Below are positions 53,521 through 64,000 of a DNA stretch of 64,000 nt, piece after piece. The notes beneath the pieces were generated by a model. That model was not told where the DNA came from. It was given only the letters and a program-made list of their open reading frames with translations, and did no database searches. Positions within the stretch are counted from its first letter, which is position 1. Each line of letters begins with the position of its first letter. Source of the stretch: Octopus sinensis. Its lineage: Eukaryota. The stretch is from assembly GCF_006345805.1 (NCBI RefSeq), contig NC_043002.1:106082001-106146000 (forward strand). Direction: 5' to 3'. Position numbers and translations under genes: made by a program.

Positions 53521-54139
53521 AATATTTTCAGTCAGCCAAAATCAAACTGGCTGAAATTACAAGTTTGAACAAACACTACCATTTGTATCTTCAGTCAGTT
53601 ATTTTGTACTGTACTTTCAGTATTGAATACTTTTTCTCTTGCTCATTATTATTATTAGCATACATATGTGTGTGTGTGTGTGTGTGTATTCTTACATATA
53701 TGCAACCATATTTGTCCATATAAGTGCAAAATAAAAAAAAAAGCAAAACAAGTTGACAAAAAAAAATGTCCATATTTGGAGAGGACTTGTCTGGTGTCAC
53801 TTCCTGTTGTCCAGCCCGATACCTGTGTGGAGATTTGTCAGTGTGAGTGGGATGAAGCAGTGTGTTGTCACTTCCATCAGATTGCCTCAAATTTGGTGAT
53901 AGATCTGTTTTTTTTTGTTGTTGTTTTTTTTCCTGCAATTTACAATGTTTTTTTGTTCCATTCTCTCTCTATCCCCTCTCTTTTGTCCCTCTCTCTCTGT
54001 CTCTATCCCCCTCTCTATCTCTCAATTGGCCTTGTGATGAACTGAACTTTAAAAAATATAAATGAAATATTAAAAAAAATTCTAAAAAGTGGAAAAAAAT
54101 ATGAAAAAAATTGAAAAAATATATAAATTCTTTTATTGG

Positions 54140-54200
54140 AATAAAGATTTCAAGTATTGGAAAAAAATATATTGAAGACTTGGGTGTTTATTTTTTTTCA
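54140..54200 (+). terminator. Candidate polyadenylation signal with downstream GU/U-rich element
   Basis: AATAAA at 54140-54145 and tgggtgtttattttttttca at 54181-54200, near the end of the SINE-free block that starts at 50498. Confidence 0.45.
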
Positions 54201-55543
54201 TTTTTAAAAAAAGAATTTATCTCTGTGTGTATGTGAGTGTGAGAGAACACATCAATCACTGCCTGTTTGCTTTCTGCCATTGGTTTTTGTCAGTTTTGTT
54301 TAGATAATATTCACCAGAGTCCTTGCTTTCAGAATTGTTTCTTTCGTCAACAGTATCAACCCTCTCAGTAGCTCTTCTGTTCCACTTGTTATCCCCCTTT
54401 TAGTTTTAAATTTCAGTTTGTTTAGATGTTTACAAAATTATTAAAACATAATTTTTACTGGGTACAGTTTTATCATTTGGAGTGGAGGCAAAGTTACAGG
54501 CCACTGTTAAGTACTACAGCTATGCAGTCAACTGGTAAAATAATCAAATAAGACATTGGATAGCAAACATTTTTCAGTATTTATATCTTTGTCACATTAT
54601 ATATGATCATTATCATCAGGTGTAGTATTCCAGGATAGGTACTGGATTTGAACTTTTTTCCTTGCACTATCAAGTTGACCTATGAGCTTTGGTAACTTTC
54701 TTGACCTGTGCTGTATACTTTTCATAGAATATTGGAAGTAAATTCTCATTGCCTTTCCTACAACTGTTTTTATTATTATTTTTTTTTTATACAAGATGGC
54801 CATCTTGTTAACTGTAGCCAGTTTTGAAAGGCACAGAAGGAGAATCGATACTAGTATTTGACTGTTGTCTTATTATCCCCTGTAAAGATGAAAAGCTAAG
54901 TTGATCTCAGCAAAATTTGAATAACATTGGCATAACTACTAAACAGACACTTTTTGAACTCAGAACACAATCACAAATATTGTGCTACTCTACCAAATCT
55001 TGTCTTTGACTTGCTAGTGTCATAACATTATTTGTAGCTTTACATAAGAGATGCTATGCCATCAACTCCAGTCAGCTGAGCTGCATGATAAATACCTCTG
55101 TTTTTTAAGTAAGACTCTCTTCTCATTACTTGACCCTTAACAACAGCAGTCTCCATTCGATACATCTCACTTGAATAAAAATTAAAACATTGAACTTATG
55201 TGATGGCATAAGACATACAGACATATTAGATACACCATAATTTCAGTATCAATATTCAAGAAAAAATAGTTTTTCATGCATTAAAATTAACGGGTGACCC
55301 AATTTCTTATAGAGGTTTTGGGGTAATTTTTTTTTCTTTCTTTTTTGTTTTGAAAAAAGTTTTATAAGCCATCAAATACATTGTGGGTATGTATATATAT
55401 TAACACAATAAAAATGGTAATTAAAATATTTCAACAAAACTGTAGGAGGAAATGCATTAATTTACAGATCTAATGTTTTCACAATTTTTTCCCCAATGTT
55501 TCAGTGGGAGATAACCCCGCAACTTCACACACAAACTCAGTTT

Positions 55544-55547
<4 letters not shown>

Positions 55548-55631
<84 letters not shown>

Positions 55632-55633
55632 CT

Positions 55634-55679
<46 letters not shown>
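55548..55679 (+). repeat. Long (TC)n microsatellite
   Basis: About 130 bp of nearly pure TC repeat; a shorter one at ~45985-46039. Confidence 0.95.
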
Positions 55680-57913
55680 GGATTGTAAAGAGTGTCAAAT
55701 TAGATGCCTAGCAATATTTAAGTCATATCCTTTGACTTCCTGGTTGCAACTTGTTAAGATGAACTTCATACCTTTGTTTGAGTGGCTAAAATAAGTACCA
55801 GTAATATGCTGGTTGAGTTAACTGAAACTACAGCTCACCCTTCTAAATGTGTATCATTGCAGTAAAGTTAAAAATCATTCTCATTATGGGACGGCAAACT
55901 AAAAGCTAATCAGCATTTCATCTGGCTTTTTGCATACTGAGTTCAAATCCTGCTGAGATCTACTTTGGCCTTCATCCTTTTGGGGTCTATGAAGTAAAAG
56001 TACCAGTCAAGTACTACTGGTCAATGTAATTAACTTGCTCTCTTCCCCTAAACTTGATGGCTTTGTGCTAAAAAATTTGAAATTATTATTTTCAAAGCGT
56101 AGGGGTTTTCAGAATTGGTAGGGTGGTAAACAGAATACCTTGTGGTCTTTAGTTTTTGTTCTGTTTGTTATTCAGAGTTCAAATCCTATCAACATCACTT
56201 TTACCTTTTAGTCTTCATGGGTTAATGAAAATAAGTACCAGTTAATTACAGCCAAGTGTGAGCAGCTCTCTCATGTGTGACCATGAGCCTCTGTTAGAAG
56301 TCAGTTGACAGAACCTGTAGTGGTTTGTCATGGTTAGTTTCATTCCTCTCTTTTTTGAGAGCAAATAGTTGTTCAAATGGGCTTCTATTTGTGACCCTGC
56401 AGACAATGTTAGGAATAGTTATTCAGTCAAGTGTGGAGATCAATGATATAATAATCTATCTTTCCCTCCTGTCAAGTCCTTGTACCTAATCTAGAAGGTA
56501 TTATTTATTATATGAAGATAAAGCTGATTTTGAGTTAATTAAATCCAGTGAAGGTCAATGTTACTCTTCATTGTAGGGAAAATATTATCAGTAAAAGTCA
56601 AATACAGAAATTCATCTTCTGACATTTCTGATGCAAACTCACCTGAAATCACCTGGTTTTGTGATATAAAAGGGTTTTTTTTAAGCGTCCACCTTAAATT
56701 TTTGGTAGAAATTTTAGTTATGTTCCAAACAACAGATTACTCATAAACAATTATTTTGCTAATTTCTTCCAAATTCTTGATTGCTTTCAAAATTAATTGA
56801 AACACAAGTGTATTTTCTAAGAAATGCAATCACAAAATTTTTATTCTCTTTTGTCTCCATATTTCTGTTTAAAAACACTGCCCTTGTTTCAATTAATTTT
56901 GAAGATAACGAAGAATTTAGTTAAGTAACTTTGTTATTAAGCTGATGCTCAGAATATAAATGAATATGACATTTTGTTTTGAAGTTTTTAGATCACCTCA
57001 GAAAAAGGAAATTTTTACCATAGAAGCAAAAGAAAGTCTTAGGCAGATTAATATCAAACAAGCTAATGAACACCTAACACCCAAATCTGAGGCCTTTTGC
57101 CTGTGTTAGAAAAAGTTGAGATTTGAAGAACCATAAGACTTACACAAAATGCCTTGGGGTATTTAGCTACAACTTTTTATGTTCTAAATTCAAATCCTGC
57201 TTAGGTTGGTTTCACTTTTCACCCTTCCCCCTGGATCAATAAAATAAGAACCAGTTTTGACTTAGATATAATTTACTGTTTCTCTTCCCCAAAAGCTTTG
57301 AGGCCTTCTACTTTAGTTAGAAATCATTATTCTTATTAGTTATTATAGAGAATAATAAATGTTTCACATTTAAATTATTAAATTACAGTTTATTTATATT
57401 TTTAAACTTTTTGCCTCTAATAATAATTCATATTGCTTTCATAATTTTTCAATTGCAAGAATTTAAAATTCCGAGTACATTTTGGTTAATTTTCAAGATA
57501 TATGTGTGAAGAATGAAATTAATTTAATGATTAAGAAAAGAAATTATCAAAATGGAATTTTAACCCCATTTTCTACAAATGTTTGAACTGGCTTTGCATG
57601 TAACATTATTATTATTATATTTATTATTATATTTTTCTTGTTACATTCTGCACCCACCTGCCTATTTTCTTCCTTGCTTGGTTCTAGTCAAACTGTCTGT
57701 TAGTATTTACTGTAGTTGCAATTATTGTTGTTGTAGTATTTGATAGTAGATTAGATTTTTCTTTTTGTTTTTTTTTCTTTTGCTTTTACATATGTGCTTT
57801 GTTGTTGTATTTTTTCCTTCTGGGATTTTTTAAATAATTTTTTTAATTTTGACTTTATTTCTATTTTTGAAACATTTTGACTTCCATGAGGCATCTGTTA
57901 TTATTATTTATCA

Positions 57914-57951
<38 letters not shown>

Positions 57952-58079
57952 GTTCAGATGTATATTTGAAAGACAGGCATGTCTGTTTCACACTTATTGT
58001 AGGATGCATTTTAAATTTAATTTGTTCTTTCCTAAATATTGTTTTTACTACATTTCTGAGTATATATGTGTGTATATGT

Positions 58080-58138
<59 letters not shown>

Positions 58139-58790
58139 GAATATGTTTATTTGTCAAGTATGCATGTGTGTACAAATATTGGTGTCCCCATATGACCATG
58201 ATTGAATAGCTGAAACCACTTAGATGGTGTATATTTGTATAAGTGCATATATTGTGTGTGTGTGTGTTTATTCATGTATACATATGTCCATGTCATCATT
58301 TTACATAAGCTTTTTTTCCATCCCTGTAGAAGTCAACATGATTTGCACACTTAAACAGAGAAAAACTAGCTAACTTTTAGTTTCATATGCCTTGGTGTAG
58401 AGGTTGAGCTATGCAAAGACAACTACAAAATACCCCCACCATCAATTGTTTTTCTTAATTACTCCCTTCCAAAACCTGCAGCCACTGATGTGATTGATGC
58501 TCATTGTCTCACACATACATTTCCTATTGCTATGCAATTTATGACTGAAGGTCCATCGCAACACCACCCACTTAATAGTTTTTACTGGGTATATTTTGTC
58601 ATGCCACCCGCATGAGAAGTTGTGCCATTCGAAGAGAAGAGAGTCCACTCACTCCTATATCAGTTTTTGTTTAACCCTTTTGTATTTAAACAGACCACAT
58701 CAGGCACAAATAGTCTTCTATTTGTGTAATGTTCAGACTGGTCAGATTCAGCCTCTCATATCTGCTTTACAATGCCATTCTAAAAAATAC

Positions 58791-59171
58791 AGGAGTGGCT
58801 GTGTGGTAAGAAGCTTGCTTACCAACCACAAGGTTCTGAGTTCAGTCCCACTGCCTTGCACCTTGGGAAAGTATCTTCTACTATAGCCTTGGGCCAAAGC
58901 CTTGTGAGGGGATTTGGTGGGCGGAAACTGCAAGAAGCCCATCATGTATATATGTATGTATATATTTGTGTGTCTGTGTTTGTCACACCCCCCCACCATC
59001 ACTTGACAACTGATGTCGGTGTGTTTAAGTCTCCATAACTTAGCAGTTCGGCAAAAAGTGACCAATAGAATAAGTACTAGGCTTACAAAGAATAAGATCT
59101 GGGGTCGATTTGTTCAACTAAGGGCAGTGCTCCAACATGGCCACAGTCAAATGACTGAAACAAGTAAAAGA
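58791..59171 (+). mobile_element. tRNA-derived SINE family B with CORE-like domain
   Basis: A-box-like tggctgtgtgg and B-box-like gttcagtcc, then accttgggaaagtatcttctactatagcc resembling the CORE-SINE domain (octopus OR-type SINEs are described as CORE-SINEs). It truncates a TTAA MITE. Decayed relatives at ~1596-1740, 8935-9030, 15340-15470, 38066-38215, 43297-43440 and 49120-49255. Confidence 0.75.
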
Positions 59172-59189
59172 AAAAAATAAAAGAACTCA

Positions 59190-59700
59190 GAGCATTGAAA
59201 ACAGTGTTTCTGAATGGTGGTGATGTGATGCAGTGTAGATTATGTTGTTGGGAGCTAGGCAGGGATTTATAAAAGTATTCTGATGGTTGTACTTTAAGGT
59301 TGTCTACATGATCTGATATGGTTAGGTATTAAGACTGCAGCAAGGAAGAGGCTTGCAAAAGTATCTTGAGTGGCTGTTTCCATAGTAGAATGTAGAAATG
59401 TATAGTAAGAAGCTCTCAAATTAGTAAGGAGTCTGTCACATCCAATGCTGGTTACAAGTTATCCAATCCTGAAATGCTGTTGTCTTTAAATACTGCACAT
59501 ATTTATAAAAGATAAAGCAAGGAAAAGATACGAAAGTAGTTGGGGATAGAGAAGAGATAGATAGCATAATAATCTTGTGAGATTTGGGGTGAGAGGTCAG
59601 ATGTGTGCATGTTGATTTCATACAGTCCAAGTATATGTGTATCTCATGTATACCTAGCCATTTCTGGCATCCTACAAGTTTATGTACCTTGATTCTTATG
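59190..59700 (-). mobile_element. Possible highly decayed CR1/L2-group LINE remnant
   Basis: Non-microsatellite sequence whose minus-strand translation gives weak fragments resembling the post-RT region (L.WK, LLYK...LA). Weak. Confidence 0.3.
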
Positions 59701-59739
59701 AATCTTTATAACAAAATTACATCTCTGTATATGTATACC

Positions 59740-59787
<48 letters not shown>

Positions 59788-60789
59788 AGTGCGTATAGAT
59801 ATATAAAATATGTATGTGTGCTTATATTCAAATATAAGTGCATGTATAAACCAGCAAAAGATCGCAACTGATCATAAAAGCAGCAAATAAATAGAGGAGG
59901 GTTTTGGTTGTCTGCTTATGTAGTTGAACAATGATGATGATGATGACATGTATGTATATACATTTATAAGTACGTGTGTGTGTATGTATATGCCTTTATA
60001 TGTGCATTATATATATATATATGTACGTATATATATATATATCCCATAGAGGGTTGCATTTACAACCCCTATCTCAATTTGTATATATATATATATATAT
60101 ATACGTATATATAATATACATGTACTATTTATGTGCATTTCAGTTAAATTTCTTTTCCATATCCCTCTCCTTTCTGCTCCAAATATTTTTGTTTTGTATT
60201 TTCTGTGTTACTCCACACACAGATCTTCCATTTACACACCATTATAGTTTAGGCACTTAGAAATTTTTTTGCTTTTTTTGTTGTTTTTTTTTCCCCGTTT
60301 TGTGTGTATGTATATGTGTATTTGTGTCTGCCCACTTCTCTTTCTGTCTCTGTGTGTGTTTGTATAGAATCTTACATTCTGCTGTGAAATATCTAATTTT
60401 GAATTTAAGAGATGCCATAACTTAATATTTTCTAACCATGAACCCCTATTCATTGATTGTCTCAAATATATATATATATATATCAGATGTTTAAAATTGG
60501 TTTTTCCATTTAGATTCCAATTATGGTCCCTGTTATTTTTATTGTCATTGCTTTCAATAAATTCATTGGTTATAAAGTCAATGAAAGAGCTTGTGATACT
60601 CGACTTGCTAGAAATAGCTGTCATAGAAAAAATATCAACATGTTATATAATGTTGTATAATGCATTCCTTGATATACAAAAAGGCAGTGAGGGTGGGGAA
60701 CAGAGTGGTTGTAGTTTATGTGTGTTTTATCAAAGATCTGCCTGATGAAAGTTGACTTGTGGCCTCAAAACTACTAAACAGACACTTTT

Positions 60790-61293
60790 TGTGTTGTGAC
60801 CCCCTTCGGTCAGGAATGACCATGAGATTGCACCTAGAAAGTTACCCTCCGAGGCACAAGTCAGGGCAAGGTTGTTTATGGAAGACCAGCAGTCGCCCAT
60901 GCATACCAACCTCCCCTCTCCACACCACCGATGTTATCCAAGGGAGAGGTAAAGGCCAATACAGCATGGCACCAGTGACGTTGCAGCTCATTTATTAATG
61001 TGCAAGTGGCTGAGCATTTCGCAGACATGTGCACCCTTAACATAGTTCTTGGGGAGATTCAGTGTGACAAGGCTGGCCCTTTGAAATATAGGTACAACAG
61101 AAACAGGAAGAAAGAGTAAGAGAAAGTTGTGGTGAAAGAGTACAGCAGGGTTCACCCCCCCCCCCCCCCTGCCGGAGCCTCGTGGAGCTTTAGGTGTTTT
61201 TGCTCAATAAACACTCACAATGCCCGGTCTGGGAATCGAAACCATGACCCTACAACTGCGAATCCGCTGCCCTAACCACTGGGCCATTACGCC
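60790..61293 (-). mobile_element. Composite SINE(s) with tRNA-like head
   Basis: Minus-strand head ggcgtaatggcccagtggttagggcagcgga...ggtttcgattcc (A and B boxes), followed by the family E central block, then a different GC-rich block at 60790-60990. Confidence 0.7.
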
Positions 61294-63032
61294 ACTGCTG
61301 ACACTATTTACCACTGAAACTCACATTAGTAAAATATTCCTGTTGTGTTTTTAATCCTTTGATGGTACACTAACTTGTAATGTACCAGTTCGGTTCCGAT
61401 GTTGATTGGGGTTTCTCAAAGCAAAGACAACATCTGCTGACTTAACTAATTTCCATGGTGGTTCTTCCGTATTAAAGTATAGATGAGACTAAAAGGCCAG
61501 GAACTGCAGCGTTCTTGTGAGGAGTGGTGGTCCCCAGATGTTATTAGCTTTGGAAGACATAATAGGTGGAGAAGTGCCACACACTTCCTATAAATAACAG
61601 AATACGTAATCTGTAGATCATCTTGCCAAAATTTTCCTTCTGCGTTATAATTGTTACACGTATTTTATGTTGTCATTGCTAGCTACATGTATGAACTGTG
61701 GGTATTTTTTCCATTTAGATACAGACCACCTATGATCTCTATATACTGATCAATCATTTTTGATTGATCATTATACCTTTGATCAGTAAATTTTTCTTTG
61801 TTCAAGAATGAGAACACTTGGCTAGTTTCCTAATTTTCTACTGCTGAATATTTGCTTTATCTTTCTAGTTATTAGTAATGTAAGTGTATTAGTTGTTCTT
61901 CACAGCAGAAATAGTGTGTATATTGATGTATATATACATGGTGCCTGGTGCAGCCTTCTGGGTTGCCAGTCCTCAGTCAAACCATCCATCCCCATGCCAG
62001 CATGGAAAGCAGACGTTAAACCATGATGATGATGTGTGCATGTTTATATACGTGTCCTTGTTTGTAGAAACGGGTAGAGAAAAACAAGTGTTCTGTTGAG
62101 TGACAATGATACGTTGGAGACATGAGTTTGGAAGAGAAGTTGATATACTGGGTAGAGGACTGATGCTTCATCTGAGGGAGAGAATATCATTTCTTGAACT
62201 GATCATATAGAAATGTGTGCGTGTTTGTGTGTGTCTATGTAGGTTTCTGTACATATATGTGCATGCACAACTATAGAGATGTGTGTGTATATGTACACAG
62301 TACCTTACAACCAGTGACATAATCTGGTGTTTATGTCATTGAAATTATCCTCTTGGGACCCTTTTGTATATACTGTGTACCATTTATTCCACAAAAATCT
62401 GTTGTTCAACAGTTAGCACCTGACACTGAAGCCATTTGTCTCTCTCTCATGCACACACATGAACACTTGTGTTCATATACACACACACACACACACTCTT
62501 ACCAGATTCACTGAAATATCACACATATTAATCAAATGTAACATACACAGAAAAATATATATTGATACATGCAAACATAGATCTATGCTTATATATACAT
62601 TGGCAATTCATGAAAACACTGCTCCGTCATGGCCTAGCCATGGTAGCTCCAATGAACTAAAGCACACATATACACATGCAGGCCTACATATACTTACCTA
62701 AATATACAGATGCACACACACACACATACACTTGCATCAACCAGTGCTCTCTATGAAAATTAAAACTTGTTGAATATACAAAACAATATTTCCTGACAAA
62801 TGATTATTTTGCAAAAACACATCTGATTTGTTGAAAAAAAAAATGATGTTAATGGTAATAATTAATGATCATGATAATTTTAAAGAAAACAACAATAACA
62901 CTGATGATGATGATAATAATATTGATATTAATAATAATAATAATAATGATAATAATCTACAATCATATATATAACGAAAGCCTGATTCCTTTATTTAATG
63001 GTATCATTTTGTCGTACTTGCTGTATTGGCAG

Positions 63033-63251
63033 GTTTCTCTAGTTTCGGCTATCTGCCAACCCCTACCCCAACACCGAGCGAGCGGCTACCCCATGCTTCC
63101 CCTGCATTCTACGCTGCTACAGAGATCTTCGGTGCAGCACCAGCCAGTCATGTGGCCGGTCATGTGACCTCTGCCATTCAAAGAACTGAGCCATCTCAAC
63201 TGTCGATTAATAGTTCACCTTTACCCCGGGATTTCACTCATCGCACCACAG
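63033..63251 (+). CDS. msi: Musashi C-terminal low-complexity exon (GFSSFGYLPTPTPTPSERLPHASPAFYAATEIFGAAPASH...HRTT)
   Basis: CAG acceptor (AG 63031-63032), CAG|GTATAA donor at 63252, 219 nt, phase 1-1. GC-rich and open (ORF 63026..63268), P/S/T/A-rich, and in frame with the 30109 exon. Assignment to msi rests on frame and position. Confidence 0.8.
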
Positions 63252-63620
63252 GTATAATATCGATTTAGATTTTATCACTAAATATCCCACCCCCACCCCG
63301 CCCCTTCCCCCCACCAAAATGTCTGCTTCTTTTTCACATTCTTTCGTTTTAATTCTCCATACCCCATTCATTCATTCATTCATGCCATCCTTTTTTTATT
63401 TCATTATTTTTATTATTTTGGCCAAATTAACCCTCTTCAGGGTTTTGTTTTTTCTTAACATTAATTCCATCCTCTTCATCATCCACCATTTCTCATTTCC
63501 CCTTCCCTGCCTTATTTTTAGTTCTGTCTCATTTTCTGTATAGTAGGATAGTCTTTGGTACTTCATAATATATATAAATGCATATATATAATTGTGGGTG
63601 TCTGTGTGTGTCTGTATGTA

Positions 63621-63662
<42 letters not shown>

Positions 63663-64000
63663 CACACAAGCATGGAAAAACAGACATTAAACAAATGAAT
63701 GTTTATATACACACATTCACACACACATACGGATGTATGTACATATATACATGCATATGTGTATATATTAATGTACTCTGATGTATTAAGTACTCATTCT
63801 TTATTATACAGCTTACAAACAGACATGCACATGGATGTACATTTATACATTTGCATTCACACACATTTTTGTCATGTGCTAGGCAAAGTGGATGAAATGT
63901 CCAAAAATTTGCAACCAACCTTATGCTCAAATGTATCAAATTTTCTTTCAGTCCGCTGATGACTGTTGTTATGCATGAAACCTTCAACTAATGTTATGTT

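Noticed and set aside
57890-58205. Acceptor at 57957 opening an in-frame ORF
   Set aside because: The upstream tract is an (ATT)n microsatellite, and the peptide runs through (TG)n/(TA)n repeats.
61215-61293. tRNA gene on the minus strand
   Set aside because: It has A/B boxes but no complete acceptor stem, and continues into a SINE body; it is a SINE head.
394-63987. Most ORFs in the six-frame track (YIYI, CVCV, THTH, LLLL, IIII peptides)
   Set aside because: They are stop-free frames through (TA)n, (CA)n, (TG)n, (ATT)n and (TC)n microsatellites, with no domain signal or splice support.
63950-63990. CTGATGA...GAAAC hammerhead-like core
   Set aside because: No credible stem II or stem I pairing; also close to the window edge.

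Overview
AT-rich eukaryotic genomic DNA, dense in microsatellites and SINEs. Composition and repeat families suggest a coleoid cephalopod, probably Octopus (inference). The whole window appears to lie inside one + strand, large-intron gene encoding a Musashi-family RNA-binding protein. Four phase-compatible coding exons were read by hand. 10287-10369 ([28 protein letters not shown]) and 13608-13695 (VECKKAQPKEVM...) encode the end of RRM2; 30109-30189 and 63033-63251 encode the low-complexity C-terminal region. There is also a 60-nt frame-preserving cassette exon (21326-21385). The 5' exons, and probably the last exons, lie outside the window. Introns contain a decayed mariner, RTE/BovB-like and R4-clade LINE fragments, a non-autonomous Helitron, TTAA-flanked MITEs, several SINE families and a ~260-bp fold-back element. 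Almost all entries in the supplied ORF track are repeat-derived noise. The most interesting hypotheses, all untested: (i) an autoregulatory poison exon followed by a Musashi-type UAG cluster; (ii) alternative last exons giving truncated Musashi C-termini, one with a 3.6-kb SINE-free 3'UTR-like block; (iii) a hammerhead-like motif with a U3-A8 covariation in both arms of the fold-back element. No prokaryotic features, CRISPR arrays, rRNA or intact tRNA genes were seen.
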